A stretch of 61,182 nt of DNA, from positions 1-61,182 of the IMG/VR virus record IMGVR_UViG_3300030389_003077; one strand, written 5' to 3'. The first letter of the stretch is position 1; every line of letters starts with the position of its first letter. Position numbers and translations under genes: made by a program. Positions 35,979 to 46,176 of this stretch are shown here, piece after piece. The DNA comes from a virus. Lineage: Duplodnaviria > Caudoviricetes. The notes under the pieces are model-generated. The model did no database searches. It was not told the DNA's origin and saw only the letters and a program-made list of their open reading frames with translations.

Positions 35979-38900
35979 TTATTCGTCTTTTAATATATTT
36001 ATGTTATCCTGATGATAACGATCAATACCTCTTTCTTCAGCTATAGATATTAAAAGATTACTCATACCAGCCTTTCTTAATATATCTCTTATGTCTTCAC
36101 CTGTTATGTTATTTAACCTAGCAGCACTAATTATATCAGCAAATTTATTCAATACTTCGTCTGCTCTAGAGTCATAATCTTCAGATCCCTTGGTTATAAA
36201 TCCTCTTAGCTTACTCTCATCTTTCATAACATCTTTACCTACTATATCAATAAGTTCTTGTTTTGCATATCTAGATTTAAAGTAAGTATTCTTGTTTAAA
36301 TTTATCCTGTTTATTCTAAGTCCAAATAATGCTAATATTTCGTAAACTGGAACAAGTTCAGAGTCCTCTTCAAATATTGATTTAGCTATTCTAACGCCAG
36401 ATCTAAGAGTACCTGGTGCTATTCCTTTACCTACAAATTCTATACTTTTAAAAAGCTTTGTTAAGTTATCATCACTTTGATTATAAACTTTACCACCTTT
36501 ATTATTGTAAGCATTCTGCACTAAAGTTAAGGTCATTTCTTCACTAAGGAATGGCTCATAAACAGCCTTTAAAACTCTCATAAAACTTTCTTCACCAGGT
36601 TCTGTTTTAATATCTGTAAAAGCTAATCTAAATAAGTCCTTTATGTAGCCCACACCAGATACCCTGGAGAAGTTTATATAATCTATATATCTGTCCTTGT
36701 ATTTTTGACCTTTAGAATATCTAGATTCTAACTCACCTTTTCCAGTATAGGATAACAACCCTTTAGCATCCCAGCTTGGTAAAACAGTTCTTATCTTTCT
36801 AGTTTCAATTTGCTCATCATCCTCGTCCTCTCCAAAGAAAGACTCCATAAAGAACTTAGCTGTATACAACTGCATGCTTTGAAGAAGAGTAAAAGTAGCT
36901 AGAGTACCAGATAGCCTTGCTACTCCAGATTTTCTTAGAACTGGGTTATCACTAGATATTTCTTTTAATCCAAGAAGTATTGCGTTTTTAGAGTTACGAA
37001 CAGACTCAGCCTGGAAAGCAACAAAAGAACCAACAATAGGAGATCTACCTATTGTTCTTATTATTCTAGGTATCTCGTTATAATTAGGATACAAGTTTCT
37101 TACGTTTTTAGCTGCAGTGGCTTCAGCCTCTTCAACAGAGAATCCAGCTTCCAAGTATCTAGCTTTTTCAGACAAGAATCCGTAAGCTTTCCAAACGTTA
37201 TCCTCAGCCTGATAAGTCTCTGTAGCCCAGTTATCAACTTTTTTAGCGTATTTATTTATAGTTCCTATGACACCTTTATCTGTAAAGTCTTTATTCTTAA
37301 CATATTCAGATATACTAAAATTACTATTTCTAACTTGCTCAGATATAGATTGTATCTCACTAAGTGTTGCTGAGTTATCTATAACTCTAAGCTTTATTAG
37401 CTTTTCTCTAAACTCTTTTACCTGAGGATCAGTCATATTACTTACAGACTTTATAGCTTCTTTAGCAAAGTACTTAGAATCTTTAAAGCTAACGTGACCA
37501 TTCATTAAAGCAAAAGAAGTGTTACCAACTAGGTTAATAAAGTGAGTAGGTAAGTTCCAAACTGTTGCTGCTTTTTTGTTAAGAAGTATAGCCTCCATGT
37601 AAATACTTAGCCACCAAGGGTAACTAACCTTTTCTTGGAATCTATTTAACACGTTAAACATTTCATTGTCTACACGCTTACCTTCTAGTAATCCAAACTT
37701 TTTACCCTCTAATATATTTTCTGCAACATCAGGGACAGTTTGATCAAATATAAATTTATCTTGACCAATTTCTAAAAGATCTTTATACATTCTTTCAGCA
37801 CCTATAGTTCTTGCTATTTTAGATACTGTGTTATGATAATTAAATACAGGATTATCTATCTCACCCCACAAATCTCTTATCTCTTGAGGAACTACTTTTC
37901 TTTGTTTAAATATAGATGTAACTCTGTTTAAACCATCTAAAGAAAAAGAACCAGATGAGAATCTAGCAAAATCTCCTTTTGTAATAAGTTCGTTGTAAGC
38001 ATCAGTTACTTTACTCTGTATTTCAGATTCTGATAAGTCAGTATTTTCTCCTGCAATTTCTTGATATAAAAAGTCTTTAGCTCTTTGTTGTATATCAGTA
38101 TCTGTTTGTTTCCAGTTTTTACTTTCAAACTGCTTGTAAGATCTAGTAATATAAAAACCTCCATTAGCCTCTACAGCAAAAGATGCTTGACCTCTTATTA
38201 ATCCCTCGTCTATAAGTGTTCTACTAAGTGAGTCAATGTGTCTTCTCATCTCCATTAGTATACCTTTCATGTTGCTTTTATCAGACTCCATGGCTTTTAT
38301 TTTATTCACGTCACCAAGAAGCTCATTCAATTCAGAGTCAGACATCTGATACTCTTTATTGACATCAGCAAACCTTTTCATTATCTCATTAGCTCTGTAA
38401 AGCTCTAAAGCTACATCACCCTTTCTAAGAGTCATTAACTCTTTTATTTCTTTATCTGTGTGAGTTCCCTTAGGCTTTAATAGTAATGTAGAAAGTCTAG
38501 CGTCTATTTCCTTTTGACCTGTTAGTGTAGTGTACCCAGGAATATTTTGAAGCCAACCTCCAAGCTTGTAATCTAAATCTATAACAGATTGAGATACATC
38601 AAATATTAAATTACCTAATCCTGAAGTGTATACCACAGTCTCATCTTCTGGTTTAGCAACCTGTTCCCTTAAAGAATAACTTGAGTCTTCTACAAAATCG
38701 TTTACTAAATTGCTATTGTTTGAAGCAACGTAACCTTTAAAGTTACCAGAGCTCCAATACTCTCTAACATTCTTAAAGTTGTCTTTTAGTATGTTTATCA
38801 TACTAGACTCTGTAATCATATTAGACTCCATACCCTCAGCAGCATCACCTTCTTTATTTAAAACCCTTTTCTTTTTATTGGCTAATTCTTCTTTTGTAAA

Positions 38901-41900
38901 ATACTTCTCTTTATATCTGTCTTTTACCTCTTCATTACTTTCGTAATTTTCTGTAAACAACTTTTCTTCAACAATTAATAAACCATCCTTACCTAAAAGA
39001 TTATCTTTAATATATTTTATTTGAGGTGCTCTATTGTCGTTTATAAACTGAAATACCATTGATTCATGTACAACGTCAAACTTTTTATCAGGATTGTAAG
39101 CCTTAATGTTATCATAACCCTCCATAAAAGCCTCTGGTATATATTCATTTCCATCAACGGAACTTTTCTTGTCAGAGAATTTTTTCATCTCTGGATTAGG
39201 GTCTAACGTTGTTGTTTTTATTTTACCATCACTAACTCCAGAAATAGCCTTAGCCCAGGAGTTTTCAGATCCACCAATATCTAAAACAGAAGCTTTTTTA
39301 TTTTTAAATAAATTCGTTATAGTAGTACCAGTTATAACTTGTATCTCTTTATGTCCAGGTATACTCTTAGCTATATGATCATCGAAGTTACCTCTGTGCT
39401 TGACGTATTCCTCTATGAACTTTATTCTATCTTCTCTTTTTATATCTATATAGGGCTCGTACTTAACGTTAGAGAATCCGTATCTACCAGCAGTAACGTC
39501 AGAGAAAAATTGCTCAAAAGCTTTTCCAGTTTTTTTAGAAGGCTGAATTGATTGCTCTCTTATAGTTTCATCTCCTTCTTTTATTTCAGTTTCACCTACT
39601 TCAAATTGAACTCCACCAACATTAATCTTTCTACCATTTACTAAAGCACCAGATAAGTTATCAGCCAAGTCTTTTAGAGACATTTGTTGTAAGTCTATAG
39701 ACTCAACATTTTCTACTGGAGATACTATATTTAGTCTCTCTAGTATAGCCCTTATAACTTCTCTAATCTTTGTTAGCTTAGACTGTTTATTTACAAAGTG
39801 ACCATAGGCAGCGTCAGCCATCATCTCAGCAAAAGCCTCTTCTATTTGACCCTCTCTAGAAAGATTAGAATAAGCTGGATTCGATTTAACCCAATCAAGA
39901 TAAGACCCCTTCACTCTTCGACCATCCTTTATAACACGTCTTTTCATGTTGCTCTGTTCAACCTCAGATTCTATTCTTTTATATAAAGCAGGGTCAGTCT
40001 TCTTTATAAAGTCAACCATAGGATGAATAATCTCATGGAACAAAGTGTTTCCACGAACAGTCTCAAGGTTTACATATATGGTCTTGTCAGAACCTCTAAA
40101 AAAAGATGACCTTCTTTTAGAAGGATCTTGACCTATGGATTTTAATTGTTCAGCCATTGCGTTACTATTTTTAACAATAGTAACATTAAGATTACCTATA
40201 GAGTTAAGTAGCTTAAGTGCAAAGCCTAAAGCTTCTTTTCTTGCCTCACTAACACCTTCAAATAAATCTGAATCATATTTAGGATTACTCTCATCAAGTT
40301 TATGTACATTATCTGAATTGAAGTTTTTACCATAACTAGTTTTTTCAAAGTTCAACCCTGAATGTATTGATGCTTTTCTTCCGTTTACATTTATAATTGT
40401 TAAAGCATCTTGCTTTCTAGCGTCAGGACCTTTTGTATCTTTTTTAGGATCTAAAGGCACAACTCTACCATCGCCATACATAAGACCAGTCTTAGAGGAA
40501 AAAACAGATTCTTGTTGAAACTGGTTACCTATATTTAAAGCTGAAGCATCATTTAAGCCTGTAACCAAAAGACTTTCCTCTGAAACGTTATTATAAACAC
40601 CCTGAACGGTATAGTATGTAGCACCAGCCTCATCCAATACAGCTTTAAGGTTTTCCATTCTATCTGCCTTCTCACCATCAGTTACACCCTCTCTTTCTGA
40701 TGTTAGTATATGATAATCATTGGCATCTAAAACATCTTGAGGGATCTGGTCAAGGTTGTCTTTAGGTGTTTTTATAAATAATTTATTGTTAGCCTTAAAT
40801 AAGTCCTCTTTGTTTACACCCTCAGACATTTTAGCTTCGTAATCTTTTAATGCGTTTCTAGCCTCAGATACGTTCTTAAACTTAGCAGTGGTTATGTTAG
40901 AAGTTTCAGCTTTATTATTATTAAATATAATACCAGACTTATCTTGTGATGTTACTATTACTGGCTTTCTCTTACCTTTATCTATTTGACTTTTAACACT
41001 ATCGTACTGCTCTTGAGTGGTTATCTCTGTAGCTTCTACAGATTCAGTTATGTTAGATCCACTAGTAACTTGATCAGTCATAGGATTTATAACCTGGATA
41101 CCTTTATCATTTAAAACAGCTCCAAGTCTTTCTCTTATACTTTCAGTTCTATCTGTGACGTTGTATTTAGATTTTTTACCCTCAGCTTCCATCTGATTAA
41201 CAGCATCATTTAAAGCTGATATTTCATCTATAGATATGTTTGATTTTTTCTTTGAATCTAAAACGTTTAACATATCATTAACAACCTTCTCTTTCTCCTG
41301 CATTAATCCTCTAGCCTCAGCAGCGTCAGGTGCGTAGAACCCAAATACAAGTTCATCTAGTAAAGATTGAGCTTCAGCATTCATGGAGGCATCCATCCTT
41401 ATCTTTCCATCTCTAATTTGTTGGGATATACCTTCAGTCTTAACAAATCTTAAAGCTTCAGCTCTATTCATTTGCTTGGTAGACTTATCCTCCATTATAA
41501 AGTTAACAACTATATTATTGTTAAGCTTTTTATAATCTGCATCTGTGAAGGCTTTACCTAAATATCCTACACTATGTATACCACCACCCATGGCAAAACC
41601 AATAAGGAAAGAGTCAGATAATCTAACTAAAACTTCCTCTGGTTTTATTTTTGTTCTTTTACCAGTTTTAGGATCAATAGTAGTGGAGGTTCCAGTTATC
41701 ATATTTGTTATGGTGTTAGATACCTCAGTTTTAAACTCAGAACCACCCTCTCGTATACCTTTAGCAAAGAAACCATCTGTAATGTTTTCTGCTATTTCTT
41801 TAGCACTTTGCTTTACTTTTCCTCTACCGATTAGTGCTCTAGCATCATTAACTATATCTAACGTGGTTTTTTCAAAGACAGCTTCAGCAGCACCAGTTAA

Positions 41901-43304
41901 AGCAGCGTTAAGATATAAACCAAAATTCCCGACATCTATCTCGCCCTTCATTCTTTGTTCTTTCAAACTTAAAGATTGAACCCCAGCAGTTGATAGACCT
42001 ATAGCTCCTAAAGATATATTTTGAGCAGCCTTTGGTCCAAACCTTGTAGCTAAAGCAGGACCAGATGCGTACATACTAAATATTAAAGGCATAGTCTCTG
42101 ATATAGCATTACCACCTTGCTTAAAAGCATCAAGAAAGTTTCCTTTTAGTATAGAGCTTGTCATACTATCTTCCTGATACAATCTAGTTCTTTCTCTTAT
42201 TTTATCTGCAGCTTTTTTAACTTTACTTGAAAGAACACCACCTCTTATATTATACATAACCCTCTCGTAATTACTGTTAGCACCACCTATTAGTAACCCC
42301 TCAACTACTTCAAGAGGACCTGCTACTAACAAATCTAAAGCACCAGCAACAAAACTTTCTGCCCAGTCACCAATAAAACCACCAGATTCTACTTGTCTAT
42401 CATATAAGTCTTGAAGAGTTTGCAAACCTTCATCATTGTCAGGGTTATCAATAGTAACAGTAGTTTTACCATCAACAACATCATCTATAAACTCTTTATT
42501 AAATAAGTTTTTTTGAAGTTCGTTAACACTTACACTTTCGTTGTTAACCTTTATATTATCTACAGGCATATAAGATAAATCAATACCTCTAGCTTCTATC
42601 TGCTCCATTCTAGATTCTGGAGCAATGTTATCCATAACGTCTTTTATTTGTGCGTTATGAAATTGTTTCTCAGCCTCGAATATTTTGTCTGAGTTTTTGG
42701 CTAAATAACTATCAACTACATTAGAGTATTCTGTATATAACGAAGGATCTTTTATGTAATCTTCTCTTTTTCTATCGTAATCAGTTATTTTCTTATATAT
42801 GGAACCGAAAAAACCAAGATCTTCATCATCTTTCTCAGTGTATTTTTCTCTTTGTTTTTGTAACTCTTTCTTTATAAACTCAGCATCAAGGACTTTATTT
42901 ATATCAACACCTTGACCTTCGTAAAAAGGTCTTTTTGATTCTCTCTCTAAGTCTAGTGCGTCTTGACCTTGCTCTGAAGATAGTCGTCTTTTTCTTATAC
43001 TCTCATTTAGAGATTCTATGTAATCCGAAGAAGAAGTTGAAGGCTCCGATTCCAATACAGAATCCTCTGTAGTCTTTTGAGAAATTGCGTTTTGAAATGC
43101 TGAAGAATCTTTTTTTTTTACATCACCCCAAGCTGACTGAAAAGTATTAAGGTCTGTTGTTTCAAACAAACCTTTACTTTTTCCTAAGTCGTAAAGTTTA
43201 CTTTGTATGTCAACATCAGACTCTTTAAACTGGTCTAAAGTTGTTTTTGATGTTAATATACCTTTATCTACATAAAGATTATAAAGTTGTTCTAACCTAT
43301 CCAT
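35979..43304 (-). CDS. Giant polyvalent (probably ejected) virion protein with SAM-lyase-like, zincin and CmoA-like domains
   Basis: 2441 aa; GVY..SEES..FQQESV (SAMase-like), HEIIH..EEAFAE (zincin), FDDHIAKSIPG..VLDIGGSE (class I SAM-binding); last gene of the ejected-protein block. Confidence 0.8.
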   Translation of the reverse strand: MDRLEQLYNLYVDKGILTSKTTLDQFKESDVDIQSKLYDLGKSKGLFETTDLNTFQSAWGDVKKKDSSAFQNAISQKTTEDSVLESEPSTSSSDYIESLNESIRKRRLSSEQGQDALDLERESKRPFYEGQGVDINKVLDAEFIKKELQKQREKYTEKDDEDLGFFGSIYKKITDYDRKREDYIKDPSLYTEYSNVVDSYLAKNSDKIFEAEKQFHNAQIKDVMDNIAPESRMEQIEARGIDLSYMPVDNIKVNNESVSVNELQKNLFNKEFIDDVVDGKTTVTIDNPDNDEGLQTLQDLYDRQVESGGFIGDWAESFVAGALDLLVAGPLEVVEGLLIGGANSNYERVMYNIRGGVLSSKVKKAADKIRERTRLYQEDSMTSSILKGNFLDAFKQGGNAISETMPLIFSMYASGPALATRFGPKAAQNISLGAIGLSTAGVQSLSLKEQRMKGEIDVGNFGLYLNAALTGAAEAVFEKTTLDIVNDARALIGRGKVKQSAKEIAENITDGFFAKGIREGGSEFKTEVSNTITNMITGTSTTIDPKTGKRTKIKPEEVLVRLSDSFLIGFAMGGGIHSVGYLGKAFTDADYKKLNNNIVVNFIMEDKSTKQMNRAEALRFVKTEGISQQIRDGKIRMDASMNAEAQSLLDELVFGFYAPDAAEARGLMQEKEKVVNDMLNVLDSKKKSNISIDEISALNDAVNQMEAEGKKSKYNVTDRTESIRERLGAVLNDKGIQVINPMTDQVTSGSNITESVEATEITTQEQYDSVKSQIDKGKRKPVIVTSQDKSGIIFNNNKAETSNITTAKFKNVSEARNALKDYEAKMSEGVNKEDLFKANNKLFIKTPKDNLDQIPQDVLDANDYHILTSEREGVTDGEKADRMENLKAVLDEAGATYYTVQGVYNNVSEESLLVTGLNDASALNIGNQFQQESVFSSKTGLMYGDGRVVPLDPKKDTKGPDARKQDALTIINVNGRKASIHSGLNFEKTSYGKNFNSDNVHKLDESNPKYDSDLFEGVSEARKEALGFALKLLNSIGNLNVTIVKNSNAMAEQLKSIGQDPSKRRSSFFRGSDKTIYVNLETVRGNTLFHEIIHPMVDFIKKTDPALYKRIESEVEQSNMKRRVIKDGRRVKGSYLDWVKSNPAYSNLSREGQIEEAFAEMMADAAYGHFVNKQSKLTKIREVIRAILERLNIVSPVENVESIDLQQMSLKDLADNLSGALVNGRKINVGGVQFEVGETEIKEGDETIREQSIQPSKKTGKAFEQFFSDVTAGRYGFSNVKYEPYIDIKREDRIKFIEEYVKHRGNFDDHIAKSIPGHKEIQVITGTTITNLFKNKKASVLDIGGSENSWAKAISGVSDGKIKTTTLDPNPEMKKFSDKKSSVDGNEYIPEAFMEGYDNIKAYNPDKKFDVVHESMVFQFINDNRAPQIKYIKDNLLGKDGLLIVEEKLFTENYESNEEVKDRYKEKYFTKEELANKKKRVLNKEGDAAEGMESNMITESSMINILKDNFKNVREYWSSGNFKGYVASNNSNLVNDFVEDSSYSLREQVAKPEDETVVYTSGLGNLIFDVSQSVIDLDYKLGGWLQNIPGYTTLTGQKEIDARLSTLLLKPKGTHTDKEIKELMTLRKGDVALELYRANEIMKRFADVNKEYQMSDSELNELLGDVNKIKAMESDKSNMKGILMEMRRHIDSLSRTLIDEGLIRGQASFAVEANGGFYITRSYKQFESKNWKQTDTDIQQRAKDFLYQEIAGENTDLSESEIQSKVTDAYNELITKGDFARFSSGSFSLDGLNRVTSIFKQRKVVPQEIRDLWGEIDNPVFNYHNTVSKIARTIGAERMYKDLLEIGQDKFIFDQTVPDVAENILEGKKFGLLEGKRVDNEMFNVLNRFQEKVSYPWWLSIYMEAILLNKKAATVWNLPTHFINLVGNTSFALMNGHVSFKDSKYFAKEAIKSVSNMTDPQVKEFREKLIKLRVIDNSATLSEIQSISEQVRNSNFSISEYVKNKDFTDKGVIGTINKYAKKVDNWATETYQAEDNVWKAYGFLSEKARYLEAGFSVEEAEATAAKNVRNLYPNYNEIPRIIRTIGRSPIVGSFVAFQAESVRNSKNAILLGLKEISSDNPVLRKSGVARLSGTLATFTLLQSMQLYTAKFFMESFFGEDEDDEQIETRKIRTVLPSWDAKGLLSYTGKGELESRYSKGQKYKDRYIDYINFSRVSGVGYIKDLFRLAFTDIKTEPGEESFMRVLKAVYEPFLSEEMTLTLVQNAYNNKGGKVYNQSDDNLTKLFKSIEFVGKGIAPGTLRSGVRIAKSIFEEDSELVPVYEILALFGLRINRINLNKNTYFKSRYAKQELIDIVGKDVMKDESKLRGFITKGSEDYDSRADEVLNKFADIISAARLNNITGEDIRDILRKAGMSNLLISIAEERGIDRYHQDNINILKDE

Positions 43305-43322
43305 TAGATGTAAATTTTATTT

Positions 43323-44858
43323 TTAATTGAATAAAGCGTCTCCCTCTGCAGGTGATTTACCTTTATCAGCATCATCCCTTTCTAGAATCTCATTCTTATA
43401 AAACTCTCTAGAGTATTGTATTAACTTAGATCCTTCAGTTCCTTTTTTAAATTTCTTTTCAAGCTCTGAATGCAACAAATATAAAGGAACTAAAATCCTC
43501 TTATCATTATGATTTACCTCAGCTACAGGTGTGGAGTTTGCATCGTTTAGTACACCGATCTGTGTAAGATTAGCTTTAAAAGATTCAGATTCAGGATCAT
43601 AGTAATTTAAGTTAGCTATAACAGATTTTGGTTCCATTAAACTTCCTAGCTGTTGTCCCTCTACAGCTTTAAGATCATTAAGGGTTAGTGTAATATCTTT
43701 AACTGAAATTTTTTGAACTTGATTAGCATCAAGCTTTAATTCTAAACCGTTAATTGGATCAGTGTTTTTTGGTTCAGCAGTTATTAAAGATAAATCTTTT
43801 TCAGTAAGGGTTTCGCCTTGTTCTCCAGATCTTTCAGTTGTACTTACTTGTGCTGGATTTCTAAGTTTTTGTTTTTTCTTCTGTTCACTAATAAAAAACT
43901 CTACATATTTATTGTAAAGATCTTGATCAAAATTTTCCGTATCCTTAGGGTCTAGTTTTTTTAAGTAAGTTGGCTCAACATTACCAACCTTGCTGTCACC
44001 ACCATTTTGTTCATCTGTATTAGCAAAAGCTATCCTAGCATCCATAGAGGAACCGTCAGCAAAAATCATAGGTTGTTGACCTTGTAGTAATGCTCCAAGT
44101 TCTATGACATCATAATTACCATTTTTATCTAACTTAAGGTTCTCTCTTAATATTATATCAAATTGATTTAAAGCAGCATCTGTAGCGAAAGTTGTAGTAG
44201 TTGTGATTTTACCATCTTTCGTTACTTTGTTAATCTGAGGTTTGATTTCATCCTTTGCTAATATATCATCGAACAAACCATTACCAGGGTCTATAAAGTC
44301 AACAACATCTATAACGTCATTATACTCTAAAGAGAAGTTACTCATAAGGCTATCTAAAGATTCACCACCACTATAACCATTTACTATGTTGTCAAAGTTT
44401 TCTTCAAAAATAAACCTACCTGTCTCTGGATTTGTCAATATCTTTGAAGTGTCAATTTCTCCAGCAGCTATTTTGTCTTTTAGAGTTTTATAATCTGCAG
44501 ATATTTTTTTTAATTTTGCTCCATCTGTGACAAGATTGGACTCAAAATTACCTCTTTTTTGAACAGCGTCAGGAACTAAATTGTAAACATCTAAAGAATT
44601 TTGATCCATGAACAACTTATACTTATCATAATTAGCTCTATAAGGATCTTGAAGCCTTGCGTCTATATCTTGACCAGAGTAAGACATTGCTTTACTACCC
44701 TCTTCCCTTTCTTTTCTCCTTCTAGCAGCAGCCTCATCCTGTTGTAGTTTAAGCTGATCTCTTTCAATTTGCAAAGCATCACGAGTGGCTTGCTCTTTAA
44801 TTAAATCACGATTATTCTTTAGAACAACTCCAGTAAAAAATAAACCTTCTCCAGCCAT
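43323..44858 (-). CDS. Putative internal virion/ejected protein
   Basis: 511 aa with helical N-terminus; position between tail genes and the giant protein. Confidence 0.55.
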   Translation of the reverse strand: MAGEGLFFTGVVLKNNRDLIKEQATRDALQIERDQLKLQQDEAAARRRKEREEGSKAMSYSGQDIDARLQDPYRANYDKYKLFMDQNSLDVYNLVPDAVQKRGNFESNLVTDGAKLKKISADYKTLKDKIAAGEIDTSKILTNPETGRFIFEENFDNIVNGYSGGESLDSLMSNFSLEYNDVIDVVDFIDPGNGLFDDILAKDEIKPQINKVTKDGKITTTTTFATDAALNQFDIILRENLKLDKNGNYDVIELGALLQGQQPMIFADGSSMDARIAFANTDEQNGGDSKVGNVEPTYLKKLDPKDTENFDQDLYNKYVEFFISEQKKKQKLRNPAQVSTTERSGEQGETLTEKDLSLITAEPKNTDPINGLELKLDANQVQKISVKDITLTLNDLKAVEGQQLGSLMEPKSVIANLNYYDPESESFKANLTQIGVLNDANSTPVAEVNHNDKRILVPLYLLHSELEKKFKKGTEGSKLIQYSREFYKNEILERDDADKGKSPAEGDALFN

Positions 44859-44861
44859 GTT

Positions 44862-46145
44862 TTACATTTTTGATTTTATGTAAGAACCCATTCTAGCTTT
44901 TACTTTAGATAAGTAGCCACCAGACATCATCTTAGTTTGAGGTGCGTCCACTCTTCCTTTTTCTTTTATTAAGAAGTCTCTATAGTTTTTTATAAACTCT
45001 ATCTCAGCAATACTATTTGAATCTAAATCAAATGAAAGCTTATCTCCAATATACTTAACAAGTCCTGCAGGGTTTGTTGGGTCCTTATCAAAAGGTAGTT
45101 CTCCTACGTTTCTAACCTCGTCAGAGTTCTCTTTCATTATCTTTACAATTTCTTGAGCTCTATCTTGATTTAAAGGTGGTACAGTAGGCTCTTGAACTTT
45201 AGCACCTTCCTGTGCTTCACTATCATCATCATCACCTATAACGTTACTATCGTATTTAGCAACCAACTTCTCCATAAGCTCAAAGGCAGAATCTTTATCT
45301 CCTTTGTCTAAAGCCATTCTAATTTCTCTAACATCGTCAGGAGGTAGTACAAGTTCACCACCTGTAGCCTCACCAATCTTCTCACCATCTTGCACCATGT
45401 CAATAGGGTTTGTGTTGTGGTCAAACTCTCCTGGTGTAACACCACCGTCTTTATCTATCTTACCACCTTTTTCGGTAACTTTAATACCAGCACCCTTTGT
45501 GTTTCTACCTGTTAGATTATCCTTTTTAGGGAGCCCTGATCCAAATGCAGAAATACTACTACCTATGTCTTCGAGACCACCAAATATGTTTTGTTGAGCT
45601 GCAGCTTTTTCAGATTTTATTCCTTCTAATTCTGCTTCAGCAACTTTTAATCTTTGGTCTTCAACAGCTCTCTGTTCACTAGCTAAGTTCTGCATAGCCG
45701 CTGTCTTAGCATCCTGTTGCATACCTAAAAGATCTGTACGTTGTTTTCTACCACTACTTTCTAGGGCTTGCACCCCAGCTAAAACGTTTCTAGGGTCTTT
45801 AGATAAAGCACCCATAGCAGAAGCTCTATCAGCTCCTTGTTGTTGTTGTAGTCTCTCTATATAGGATTGATCTATTGGCTGATCAGCCATCTTTTGAGTA
45901 GCTTTACTAACACCTCTTTCTAGTCTGCCTTCATCAAAAGCTTCTTCAGCTTTTTTAGCTCTTCTTCTTTGTGCTAGACCAGAAAAAGTTTTTAAAGCAC
46001 CAAGACCAACCTGAGCACCTAGCATATAAGGATTACCCTGCGTAAGACCAGTCTTAAATATTTCACCAATCTTAGATCCATCTTGAGCTTTAGATATTTT
46101 TTTTCCTTTTTTATATTTTATTTTGGGTTTGACTCTTCGTGCCAT
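44862..46145 (-). CDS. Putative internal virion/ejected protein
   Basis: G/A/Q-rich helices, TPGEFDH...EATGGE motif, repeated K-(A/M/Y)xxG motifs. Confidence 0.6.
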   Translation of the reverse strand: MARRVKPKIKYKKGKKISKAQDGSKIGEIFKTGLTQGNPYMLGAQVGLGALKTFSGLAQRRRAKKAEEAFDEGRLERGVSKATQKMADQPIDQSYIERLQQQQGADRASAMGALSKDPRNVLAGVQALESSGRKQRTDLLGMQQDAKTAAMQNLASEQRAVEDQRLKVAEAELEGIKSEKAAAQQNIFGGLEDIGSSISAFGSGLPKKDNLTGRNTKGAGIKVTEKGGKIDKDGGVTPGEFDHNTNPIDMVQDGEKIGEATGGELVLPPDDVREIRMALDKGDKDSAFELMEKLVAKYDSNVIGDDDDSEAQEGAKVQEPTVPPLNQDRAQEIVKIMKENSDEVRNVGELPFDKDPTNPAGLVKYIGDKLSFDLDSNSIAEIEFIKNYRDFLIKEKGRVDAPQTKMMSGGYLSKVKARMGSYIKSKM

Positions 46146-46160
46146 AATTTTGAATTTTTA

Positions 46161-46168
46161 CAAATATA
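46161..46168 (-). promoter_or_regulatory. -7 element TATATTTG
   Basis: TAnnTTTG 15 nt upstream of ATG 46145. Confidence 0.65.
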
Positions 46169-46176
46169 ATATTTTT

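Noticed and set aside
35979-43304. Virion RNA polymerase as in crAss-like phages
   Set aside because: No DxDxD catalytic motif in a double-psi barrel context was seen; recognisable domains are SAMase-like, zincin and methyltransferase-like.
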